NCBI GenBank assembly: GCA_900545165.1 | Contig: UQYA01000002.1 | Span: forward strand, 2,543 to 66,542 | From: an uncultured Collinsella sp. | GTDB taxonomy: Bacteria > Actinomycetota > Coriobacteriia > Coriobacteriales > Coriobacteriaceae | Direction of reading: 5' to 3' | DNA: 64,000 bases | Part shown: piece by piece, positions 17,618 to 26,047 of the stretch | How positions within the stretch are numbered: the stretch's first letter is position 1 | Layout of the letters: each line of letters starts with the position of its first letter | Position numbers and translations under genes: made by a program | The notes under the pieces: model-generated | Told to the model about the DNA's origin: nothing | The model's database searches: none | What the model saw: only the letters and a program-made list of their open reading frames with translations

Positions 17618-18181
17618 TTACAGCCTCATCTCTCTCAGCTCACGACCGAAAAGAACGAGCCACGGAAATATGCTCTTGTTTAGCACCATGTACATCTTCG
17701 CGCGCTGCTTTTCTGTCGGCGCCGTCCTCTTGTTGAACATATCCACCATGAACTCGTAATCGTTTCGGCCGTCGTAACCGTTGTACCTATTGGGCGGAAA
17801 AGCACCTTTCTCGTAAAGGAAGGCGTAGAGACATCGAGAGAACAGGTCCCTGTTCATGCCGTCGAGTCGTACGTCCGGCCTTCTTGCCTCGAGGGCCTCC
17901 AGCAACTTGATTGCCGCTTTCCAACCTTCAACCTCGTTCTTGAGCTCATCGTTTTCGAACTTCAGGATGCAGGTTGAGCCTATTGGTGAGAGCTCGTTCC
18001 CGTTGACAGAGTTTTTGATAGTGAACTCATACCTAATGCCCTCGTGTCCGCAAAGACAATCGCCAGAAGCGTCCCCATTGTCACGGCATCCCGTCACGTG
18101 CCATTCGGAGATAGCGGCATCCCACGTTTTTGACGATGACGCTTCCAACACGATGCGAGGGAGACGATAGGAATCACCCAT
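17618..18181 (-). CDS. hypothetical Cys-cluster protein embedded between hsdS and hsdR
   Basis: 187 aa. Gaps are 3 nt to hsdS and 1 nt to hsdR. Cys/His cluster TGCRDNGDASGDCLCGHEGIRYEF...PIGSTCILKF. I recognise no family. Confidence 0.6.
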   Translation of the reverse strand: MGDSYRLPRIVLEASSSKTWDAAISEWHVTGCRDNGDASGDCLCGHEGIRYEFTIKNSVNGNELSPIGSTCILKFENDELKNEVEGWKAAIKLLEALEARRPDVRLDGMNRDLFSRCLYAFLYEKGAFPPNRYNGYDGRNDYEFMVDMFNKRTAPTEKQRAKMYMVLNKSIFPWLVLFGRELREMRL

Positions 18182-18184
18182 TGG

Positions 18185-19387
18185 CTACACCTCCCGCTTT
18201 CCGGTGACGGCCTCGTAAATGAGCGACTGCTTGTATGCTTTGAGGTCGGCGATGATAGCCTGTTTGGCCCCTATCGACTCGGCAATGGAAGCATACAGGT
18301 CATCCAGTTCCGCCACGATACGCTGCTGCACCTCGATAGAAGGCACTGGCACCGCTATGTCAAACAGATCGCTTGTATACAAGCGCCTGAAACCATCCGC
18401 AACACCAGAGATGCGAATTATAAATTCATCAATCACTGCTGCTGTATGGAATACGTACTCAAGATATTTCAGTGAGGTTCTCTCCATATCGATGGCCTGA
18501 TAAACGGCATATTCTGGGCTAATCAAGCCGTTGTAAGGCGACACATACATCACACCGTAATACGCCTTTAGCTTATTGAAGACCAGGTCGCCAGCATGGA
18601 CAATTTTGGCACCAACAAGGCTTGATGTCGGATTCGGTATGGCCAGTTCAATAGAACGAAGCACTCCACGAGCGATCGTAATTGACAGCGGCTCTCCGAT
18701 TCCGTCAGGAGATTTATCCTTAGACTCCTTCAGCACGTATTTGAGTTTCTCCCGCGGCGCTTCGTGCGAAACTCTGGTAATCATCTCTTCCAAACGTGCA
18801 GAGCGATACAGGTTCAGCTCCTCGATAGACCGCTCGGCGGCGAAGACGGCGCGGTCGATCTCGCCGCACCTCTCGTCCAGGAAGTCCGCGATACGGAGCT
18901 GCTCGTCGAGGGGCGGCAGAGGCACCATTTCCGACTTTAGCTCAACAAGTGAAATATTTCTTTGGATTGTGCCGACCCCTCGACTGCACAGTTCAAGCAC
19001 CTGCACAAAAGGACCTCTAAATAGATAATTAGCGAAACGATCATCTATATTGCTTGTGTTTTTCTCGAGAACATAGTAAGCGGGGCTGACTATTCCGCGG
19101 TAAATAGATATCCCAACGGATCCACGCCATGCTTGTTGGTTGTTTAGAACAAAATTGCCCGGACGAACCAGCTGATACTTCAACAAAGATTTGCTTGGCT
19201 TATGCACCTGCACCCCATCAGAGTCCACATAGCGGATAACTCCACGATTCAAGTAGACCGAAAGGAGCTCTTCGCTCTCGCAATTTGTGATGGAGACCTG
19301 TGAGTACAGTCGTTTGAACGGTGCAAAAGTCCATCCCGCGGGCACCTCGCCAAGCCACTCGACGCCGCTGTCCTTCATCTCCCGCAT
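18185..19387 (-). CDS. hsdS: type I R-M specificity subunit S
   Basis: 400 aa with two target-recognition halves. Each half is followed by the conserved spacer helix (PLPPLDEQLRIADFLDE; VPVPSIEVQQRIVAELDD). Confidence 0.85.
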   Translation of the reverse strand: MREMKDSGVEWLGEVPAGWTFAPFKRLYSQVSITNCESEELLSVYLNRGVIRYVDSDGVQVHKPSKSLLKYQLVRPGNFVLNNQQAWRGSVGISIYRGIVSPAYYVLEKNTSNIDDRFANYLFRGPFVQVLELCSRGVGTIQRNISLVELKSEMVPLPPLDEQLRIADFLDERCGEIDRAVFAAERSIEELNLYRSARLEEMITRVSHEAPREKLKYVLKESKDKSPDGIGEPLSITIARGVLRSIELAIPNPTSSLVGAKIVHAGDLVFNKLKAYYGVMYVSPYNGLISPEYAVYQAIDMERTSLKYLEYVFHTAAVIDEFIIRISGVADGFRRLYTSDLFDIAVPVPSIEVQQRIVAELDDLYASIAESIGAKQAIIADLKAYKQSLIYEAVTGKREV

Positions 19388-19389
19388 CG

Positions 19390-21186
19390 CTAACGCACCT
19401 CTCCGAAGAGGGCCTCGAGGCTCTCCTCGAGCGTCTTTTCGTGCTCTAAGATGCGCTTGGCGATCTCATCGGCAGGCTCGAGCTCGGCGTACTTGTAGAA
19501 CACGCGCGTGAACGGGATGGTGTAGCCCACTTTGGTCTTCTTCTTGTCCACCCAGGCGTACTTGTTGTACGGGCGCACCTCGCGCTCGATATAGGCATCG
19601 ATATCCTGCGTGAGCGGGATGTCCTCGGTGTCCTCCTTGGCCTTGTCCGCCTGCATTTTCCCGCGCTTGTTAAGGACGGGACCTCCTTTCTCATCAACGA
19701 CGGGGCTCTCCACGGCCACACGGTTGAAACCGAACTCGACCGTCTCCATTAGGCGCGCCTCGACGGAGACCTCCTGCCCGTTGGAGCCGGTACCCACCCA
19801 GGTGGCATCGCGATACTCGGAGTACGCCTGCACGATGAGGTCGCGACAGGGCTTGGTGATGTCGTTCTTCTTGTCGCCGATGCCCTTGCGGCGTTTCTCG
19901 AAGCACCGAGAGGCGTCGATGAGCAGCACGTGATCACGATGCTCCGGCGCCTTTGCCTTGCTGAAGAGCCACACATAGGTTGCGATGCCGGTGTTGTAGA
20001 ACGAGTCGCAGGGCAGCTGCACGATGGCGTCGAGCCAGTCGTTCTCCAGCACGTAGCGGCGGATGCCGTCCTCGCCGCTGCCGGGTTTGCCTTTGTAGAG
20101 CGGGCTGGCGTCTTGGATGATTGCCATCACACCATCGTCCTTGAGCTTCGACAGCCCGTTGAGCACGAAGAGCATCTGGCCGTCGCCCTTGGCTGGGAGT
20201 TTCTCAACCGGGAAGCGCCCGCCGCCGGCGGTCTTGAACTCCTTCTCCACCGCAGCGGCCTGTGGGTTCCACGGGTCTCCGAACGGAGGGTTGGAGATGC
20301 AGTAGTCGAACTTGAAGCCCTCGAACTTGTCGGCGGACAGGGTATCACCAAAGCGCATGTTAGCGTCGTCCTCACCGCGAATGAGCGCGCTCGCCTTCGC
20401 GATGCCGAAGGTAAACGGGTTGAATTCCTGGCCGTAGCAGGTCACATGAGCATCGGCGTCGAGCTGGCGTAGGCGTTCCTCGGTGCAACCGAGCATCTGC
20501 GAGGTGCCCATGGTCTGATCGTAGACCGTCTTGGTGATGCGATCGCCTTCGAAGACGTGCGAGTCTGCCTGGATGAGCAGGTCGGTCATAAGGTACACGA
20601 TATCGCGGCTCGTAAAGTGGGCGCCAGCATCCTCGTCGTAAGACTCAGAGAAGCGCTGGATGAGATTTTCGAAGATATAGCCCATATCCACCGCACGGAT
20701 CTTATCGGGAGACATATCGGCCTGCGGCTTGCAGAAGTCGCAGATAATCTGGTAGAGCAGCGGGGCATCCGGGTCGGAGAGGCGTTCGATCTGGTCGGCG
20801 AACTTCATGCGCGCCAGGATGTCCTGCACGTTGTCCGAGAACCCGTTGATGTAGTCCTTGAAGTTATCCTCGATGTTCTCCGGGTCGGCCTTAAGTGTCT
20901 CGAAGGTGAACTTAGAGGTGTTGTAAAAGGGGTATCCAGAGGCTTCGCGCAGAAAGCCGTCCTTCACGGCAAGTGTCTTGTATTTCTCGGCAGCGGCGAG
21001 AACAGCATTGTGTGTGGGAGCGAGGCAATCATGAAAGCGCTTGATGACGGTCATAGGAAGGATAACCAGGCCGTACTCATGCGGCTTGTAGGGACCGCGC
21101 AGGGTGTCGGCAGCGCTCCAGATAAGGGATGCCTTCTCCTGAATATTAGCGCCAACGGCCTTGATGAGATCGTCGCTGTCTGCCAT
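19390..21186 (-). CDS. hsdM: type I R-M methyltransferase subunit M (N6-adenine)
   Basis: 598 aa with the NPPFG catalytic motif (ISNPPFGDPW) and an HsdM N-terminal domain (IWSAADTLRG). Confidence 0.9.
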   Translation of the reverse strand: MADSDDLIKAVGANIQEKASLIWSAADTLRGPYKPHEYGLVILPMTVIKRFHDCLAPTHNAVLAAAEKYKTLAVKDGFLREASGYPFYNTSKFTFETLKADPENIEDNFKDYINGFSDNVQDILARMKFADQIERLSDPDAPLLYQIICDFCKPQADMSPDKIRAVDMGYIFENLIQRFSESYDEDAGAHFTSRDIVYLMTDLLIQADSHVFEGDRITKTVYDQTMGTSQMLGCTEERLRQLDADAHVTCYGQEFNPFTFGIAKASALIRGEDDANMRFGDTLSADKFEGFKFDYCISNPPFGDPWNPQAAAVEKEFKTAGGGRFPVEKLPAKGDGQMLFVLNGLSKLKDDGVMAIIQDASPLYKGKPGSGEDGIRRYVLENDWLDAIVQLPCDSFYNTGIATYVWLFSKAKAPEHRDHVLLIDASRCFEKRRKGIGDKKNDITKPCRDLIVQAYSEYRDATWVGTGSNGQEVSVEARLMETVEFGFNRVAVESPVVDEKGGPVLNKRGKMQADKAKEDTEDIPLTQDIDAYIEREVRPYNKYAWVDKKKTKVGYTIPFTRVFYKYAELEPADEIAKRILEHEKTLEESLEALFGEVR

Positions 21187-21188
21187 CG

Positions 21189-21395
21189 TTACTTCTCCTT
21201 CTTGGACAGATACTCGATGAGGCTCGTCTTTACGAGAGACGTGAAGCTAACGCCATTGAGAGCAGCCGCCTCCCTAGCGGCGTCGCGCATGTTCTTGGGA
21301 ATGCGGACGGTTACTGCCACGTTCTCGCCGCCCACGAGGAAGCTTCTGAGCTCGCTCGGGGTTGCTTCTCCGTCGATAAGGTCGGCGTACTTCAT
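21189..21395 (-). CDS. ribbon-helix-helix (CopG-like) small protein leading the hsd operon
   Basis: Trimmed to ATG 21395 (GGAGG upstream); 68 aa. The segment VTVRIPKNMRDAAREAAALNGVSFTSLVKTSLIEYL looks like a beta-strand followed by two helices. Its stop lies 2 nt before the hsdM start. Confidence 0.55.
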   Translation of the reverse strand: MKYADLIDGEATPSELRSFLVGGENVAVTVRIPKNMRDAAREAAALNGVSFTSLVKTSLIEYLSKKEK

Positions 21396-21699
21396 GGGAA
21401 CCTCCGCGATTGCATGATGCAATACAAATGCGCCTTTGATTCTAGCAAAGGACTGAAAACTAATAACCGTCTAGCACAGATGGATAGACAAGTAATTAAC
21501 GCAAATAAGAAGGGAGAATAACATTCTGAACCGTCGTCTCTCCCGCCTGAAGGAGCTCGACGAGAACTAGTCGGCAACTCAAAAAGACACCGAGCAAGCC
21601 GCTAACACACTTATCACGTTCCACAAAGAGATGGGTAAGCATGACGCCAGCTTGGGCGAGGGCGCTAATGGCATAGAATTGCAGCCAGACTGCCTGAAC

Positions 21700-24063
21700 C
21701 TATTCATCACTTGTTGCCGGCAAGCTGTTGGGCGGCTCGCTCTCACCGGCGGCACCAAGGTGCTTCTGTATCTTCTCGATTCGCTTAAGGGTTGAAGTCA
21801 AATACCCAAGACCCCTCTTCAACTGCTTAAGCAACCTGCTATCCCTGCGGTCCCCCTTTCCATTCTCCTTCTCGACATCTTCCTCAACACCAGCGATGCT
21901 ACGCTGCACGGCCTCGGCCGCCTTCCGCACCAAAATGGCCCCTTCATGCGGACAGCGGTCAGTTGCCACATCAAGAAAAGCAAGGAGCCTGGAACATTCG
22001 ACGAGCACGAATTGCGCGTAGTTCTCCCCCATCGATGCCGCCAAGGCAACGCCGCCGGAACCCAATAGACCAAGCGCGGCGCCGCCGCCCGTAATCAAAG
22101 CAGTGCCACCGGCCATGCCCATGCCGCCGGCGGCCAAGGCCCCACCGCCAGCTGCAGCAAGGCTCGCATTGACAAGCGCAGCCCCGTGAAGGCCGACAAA
22201 CGAGCCCCCGAAGATACCGACAGCAATATCCGGAGCGAGTACCGCGGCCGCCCCTCCTGCGCCTACGGCCGACGCCACGACAATGACGCCGCCCACCAAA
22301 AGCTTTGGCAATGTACCTGAAAGCTCGCGGAAGCGTGTCCCGCAACGTTTCTCGAGAGAACGTATGGCGTCCAAATCAACCGCGTCTTGTCTCCTGGGAA
22401 ATTCGTGTTTAACCCAAGATTCACTCTCCTTCAAACCTTTGTATTCCTTCTTCTCTTCATCTCCCATCTGGGAATAGGGGCGAAACTCAACCAACTCCTG
22501 TGCAACAAGCAAGGCACGCACTTTACCTCCTCGCCGCCGCGAAACTGTCTCAAGGGCTCCGTACGCATCTTCCTCGCTCAAAAAGTAGCCGTCTGCATCA
22601 ATGCCTAGGCCATCCGCGACCGAATCCTGCCACGCGCGGGCCCAGCTCCTCTTTTGCCCTTTGCGCACTTCGTTCTTCTCGTTCCCGCAGTCGTAGTTGA
22701 TGGCGGCAAGCTTCAGCGAGAAGGCAATCCTCGTCGTTTCTCTATCTAGGCTATAAAAGTGAAATCCATCGAAGATATCCTGGCGGCGCCTGGCGCGCTC
22801 AGTCCAAGCCTCGGACATTTCCTCCGCCATATAGCCCCAGTCGGCATGGAGGGCAAACGCAAGGCGTCCAACTCCAACGTAGTTTATTCGCAAGAAGAGC
22901 TTCTGGGCGAACACGACCTTGTTCCCCTCGCATTCGATACCCGCCCTGACCGCCGCCGTCGCTAGATTCGCCAAAACGAACGAAGTGCTCGAAACCGTGA
23001 CCATGCGGGCGAGAGCTCTGCTGTTGTAGGGCATAAAATGCGAAGCCTTGAGCTTGTGCAAGCCGGAAACCTTGCTCACTTCGCAACGTTCTAGCTCGGC
23101 CTTGAGCCTTGAAAGCATGTAGAGACAACGAACGATAACCTCGTTGGCCACGACTGCTGGCACCTGGCTTAAAGCTTGGTTGAGAAGGCCGACTTCCGTC
23201 CGAAGGTCGAAACGAATGGGCTTGCCGTCCTCGGTTTTGAACGCCGTTCCGTTAAACAGCTTTGAGATCCATTGCTGAATGCGAATATCCTCGCCCTTAT
23301 AGGCAATCTGCATGTCTTGAAAAACAGGCAGGGAGGAGAGCTCCTTTAGCAGGGACAGCACGACGCCGGGAATGCCCGTCCCCTTACCGGGGTTTGAACT
23401 AGACCCCGCCATGTCGCTCACGAGATGCATCGCCCAGAACAGAGTGCCAAACGCGATCTTCTCTGGAACGTTCCTGCCTATAAGAGGGCAGTCGGGATCG
23501 AAGGCGGCGGCAGGCAGGTCAAAGGCGACAAACCGGCCGGCTGTATCGGTACCATAGCCTTTGCCCGTGAATTGCGAGAGGATCGAACACGCAAGGCCAA
23601 CCAAACTCGGGTGGTGCGAGAAATCCCGCAGATGATGTTGGAGCCCGCCGCCAAACTCGGCAGCCAGCTTGTCCGCGGCAAGAGGAAACTCTTTCTCTAG
23701 AAAGCGAATAGCGTCTTCTAGAGTTGCATCCGCCTTTGCCATACCCGCAGACTTGGCAATCGTAAGAACGAATTTGCCAACCTTCTCGTCGCCCCACTCT
23801 TTGGCACCCTCTAGGTTGAAGTCTTTCTGCCAAAGGATATTCAACGCGCCCGTGAGGAGCCCGCTAACGGCTGCAAGTTCATAGTCGAGCTTCGTAGCCT
23901 TTTCAGCCCGAGGGTCAAAATCAAAGAGGACCTCCTCCCCATCGGGAGCGTCCTTAAAACCGACCAGTACGGCGCTACCGTTCAGCGGCGCAGATGTAAC
24001 TTTGGGCAGTTGAGACATGGTGTAGACTATCTCGCCACCACTAAAAACAAGTTCGTCTGCCAT
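21700..24063 (-). CDS. large uncharacterised protein with C-terminal Gly/Ala-rich (glycine-zipper-like) membrane region
   Basis: Track ORF 21700..24225 (GTG start). I prefer ATG 24063 because AGGAGG lies 8 nt upstream, giving 787 aa. A ~95-aa G/A-rich hydrophobic block (about nt 22025-22320) is followed by a charged helical tail. No NTPase or nuclease motif was seen. Confidence 0.6.
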   Translation of the reverse strand: MADELVFSGGEIVYTMSQLPKVTSAPLNGSAVLVGFKDAPDGEEVLFDFDPRAEKATKLDYELAAVSGLLTGALNILWQKDFNLEGAKEWGDEKVGKFVLTIAKSAGMAKADATLEDAIRFLEKEFPLAADKLAAEFGGGLQHHLRDFSHHPSLVGLACSILSQFTGKGYGTDTAGRFVAFDLPAAAFDPDCPLIGRNVPEKIAFGTLFWAMHLVSDMAGSSSNPGKGTGIPGVVLSLLKELSSLPVFQDMQIAYKGEDIRIQQWISKLFNGTAFKTEDGKPIRFDLRTEVGLLNQALSQVPAVVANEVIVRCLYMLSRLKAELERCEVSKVSGLHKLKASHFMPYNSRALARMVTVSSTSFVLANLATAAVRAGIECEGNKVVFAQKLFLRINYVGVGRLAFALHADWGYMAEEMSEAWTERARRRQDIFDGFHFYSLDRETTRIAFSLKLAAINYDCGNEKNEVRKGQKRSWARAWQDSVADGLGIDADGYFLSEEDAYGALETVSRRRGGKVRALLVAQELVEFRPYSQMGDEEKKEYKGLKESESWVKHEFPRRQDAVDLDAIRSLEKRCGTRFRELSGTLPKLLVGGVIVVASAVGAGGAAAVLAPDIAVGIFGGSFVGLHGAALVNASLAAAGGGALAAGGMGMAGGTALITGGGAALGLLGSGGVALAASMGENYAQFVLVECSRLLAFLDVATDRCPHEGAILVRKAAEAVQRSIAGVEEDVEKENGKGDRRDSRLLKQLKRGLGYLTSTLKRIEKIQKHLGAAGESEPPNSLPATSDE

Positions 24064-24158
24064 ACCGGCTTCCTCCTGCAAACGCGTAAAATCAGATTGC
24101 TCTACGCCGCCAAATCCCTCTTCGTAGAAGTATTCGAAAATCTCGGTGATGCAGTTGC

Positions 24159-24434
24159 TCAGAACCTCGTCGGGATAGTTCGCCACTGGCAGCCTATACA
24201 CCTCATTGTGCACGATAACGCACACAGCGTCACGGGTCTCTGCCTATCCGTCCAGCGAATCATGTTAGCAAGCCGCTCTTCGATAATGGAAGCCATTTCG
24301 ATGTCCACGCTCTTGACCTGCTTGGTCTCGGCGGGCGTCAGCGTGTCCTTGAATAGCATCTCAAGCACAGCCCTCTGATGCTGATTCTGGAATCCTTCCC
24401 GCAACCATTCCTTCTGCTTGCGCCCAATGGGCAC
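24159..24434 (-). CDS. small hypothetical protein (91 aa) between the exonuclease and the large protein
   Basis: GTG 24434 with GAGGGGAGG 8 nt upstream, inside the end of the exonuclease gene (4-nt gap). The C-terminal tail is Cys-rich (CALSCTMRCIGC). The last 67 nt overlap the long version of the next ORF. Confidence 0.4.
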   Translation of the reverse strand: MPIGRKQKEWLREGFQNQHQRAVLEMLFKDTLTPAETKQVKSVDIEMASIIEERLANMIRWTDRQRPVTLCALSCTMRCIGCQWRTIPTRF

Positions 24435-24438
24435 CCGC

Positions 24439-25173
24439 CTACCTCCCCTCCGCTTTCAGCTTCAGCAGTAAATCGCCCAGCTCGGGGCACTTGCTGGAAA
24501 GGCGCGTCTGGGCTCGCTCGCCTATCCCCCATCGTTGGCGGATCTCCTGGGCGTGCGGACTCACGTGATAGTCCCCCTCCATCATCTGCTTGAGCAGCTT
24601 GGCGGTCACGCGCGCATCGGCTAGGGCACTGTGGGCGTAGCCCGTCGACTCATCAAACTCGATGCCAAACCACGCCGCCGCGTCACTCAAAGAGACGCAC
24701 CCGTGGCTGCCCACGTCCATGATCGAGGTGTAAAACGCCTGCAGGTCGGCCCAGTCCGTAGGAAATGCGGAAAGGTCGATGTGTTTTGCCTGGCACTCAG
24801 TCAAAAGCTGTCGACGGTCCGTCCCGCTCCAGCAAACTATCTGGGCGGAGTAGCGACCGATCCAATCGCTGAGCCTTTTGATCACCATGTAGAGCGGATC
24901 GGCCATCGCGGTGTCCACAGCCGATATCCCTGTAAGCTCGCGGACGGGGAACACAACGCCTTCGGTAAATTCCGTCTGCACAAACTGCGAAAACTCGCCC
25001 ATAACGTTGCCGTGGTAATCGAGTTTGACGGCGCCGACCTCGATAATCTCATGGCGCAGTCCACGGCGCTGGCGCTGCTTTGGCACCGGCGCAAACTCAA
25101 AGTCCAGCACAATCTGGCGCGCAAAGTTCGTCGTATCGATAGCCGAGATGCACGGCGTCTTTTCAGCTGACAC
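24439..25173 (-). CDS. DEDDh-type 3'-5' exonuclease (ERI-1/KapD-like)
   Basis: 244 aa. Exo I is VLDFEF, Exo II is CWSGTDRRQL and Exo III is HSALADARV. It is the first gene of a three-gene operon. Confidence 0.8.
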   Translation of the reverse strand: MSAEKTPCISAIDTTNFARQIVLDFEFAPVPKQRQRRGLRHEIIEVGAVKLDYHGNVMGEFSQFVQTEFTEGVVFPVRELTGISAVDTAMADPLYMVIKRLSDWIGRYSAQIVCWSGTDRRQLLTECQAKHIDLSAFPTDWADLQAFYTSIMDVGSHGCVSLSDAAAWFGIEFDESTGYAHSALADARVTAKLLKQMMEGDYHVSPHAQEIRQRWGIGERAQTRLSSKCPELGDLLLKLKAEGR

Positions 25174-25635
25174 GGTTAGGGCCTTTCTCCGTCAACTGCC
25201 GCTTGTTACATAAGCGACTACATTGCCGTAAGGATAGGCGCCCGTGCGGACACAAAAGCGGGGCGCAACGCCATGCGCCGGTCGCACGCCATGCAGACCG
25301 CCCCAAGAGAGTCGCCCGCTCTATTCAAATACATGAAAAAGATTTAGGCCCGGTGACTTGAATCAGCGGTCATCCCGAGCCCATCAATATGCAGTGTACC
25401 TACAGAGGGCTGGTTAATCAAACGGGCTTTCGGTGACGAAGACCTGCGCGTCTATCCCCAATCGCCCAGCGTCGTCTTCTGCCGCCCTTACGAAAGGCTG
25501 CTATTCGAGGGAATCACGTTGCTGTTATTATCGAACATATATTCGTATTTATGACCGCGCTTTGATAGAATGGCAGTTGTTGACGGCAGTTCCATGTGCC
25601 GGGCAGCGCCCTCCATGCGACGGGAGGTGATGCCC

Positions 25636-25761
25636 ATGACCGATCTGATTGATTTCGTGAAGCTCCTGACCGCTTCGGTCTCGCTCCTCACGGCGCTTAT
25701 CGGACTTACCGAGGCACTCAAGCAGCGTACGAAGCAGAAAAAGAGGGGTCGACGCCTCTAA
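25636..25761 (+). CDS. 41-aa hydrophobic peptide with Lys/Arg tail (holin-like / type I toxin-like architecture)
   Basis: MTDLIDFVKLLTASVSLLTALIGLTEALKQRTKQKKRGRRL. GGGAGG lies 8 nt before ATG 25636. An extended -10-like TGATAGAAT sits at about 25560-25568. Confidence 0.4.
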   Translation: MTDLIDFVKLLTASVSLLTALIGLTEALKQRTKQKKRGRRL

Positions 25762-25919
25762 GGCATTGACCCCTTAATCGAAGTAACGGCGCTGCCCAGC
25801 TATCACCCTTGGGCTGCCGTCGACCTTATTCTACCCACGGGTGCCAGGTTTAACAAATGGATTTTCGGTTACGAAGTCCGGAGCTCGCCCCTCTACTCCA
25901 GCGGCGTTGCGCCGGATTC

Positions 25920-26018
25920 TGGGACGTGCTTTCCGCTCCAGGCCTCTACCGGAAAATGCGTTCCACTCTGAGGCCGAAATCTGGGACGCGCTTTCCGCCA
26001 AAGGGAAAGCGCGTCCCA
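25920..26018. repeat. ~62-bp dyad tandem repeat, array A (~1.6 units)
   Basis: TGGGACgtgcTTTCCG (25920) and CCGGAAAatgcGTTCCA (25949). TGGGACGCGCTTTCC-gccaaag-GGAAAGCGCGTCCCA (25982-26018) is a perfect 15-bp hairpin. The array shares an identical 24-mer (25963-25986) with array B (27702-27725). Confidence 0.8.
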
Positions 26019-26047
26019 TTCCGAGCATCACATCAGAGCGCGCTTGG

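Noticed and set aside
21423-21699. Possible gene remnant between the RHH gene and the large ORF (plus-strand ...LNRRLSRLKELDEN-stop-SATQKDTEQAANTLITFHKEMG...)
   Set aside because: It reads protein-like across a stop codon, but it has no proper start. The stretch is too short for me to assign a family, so it may be chance.
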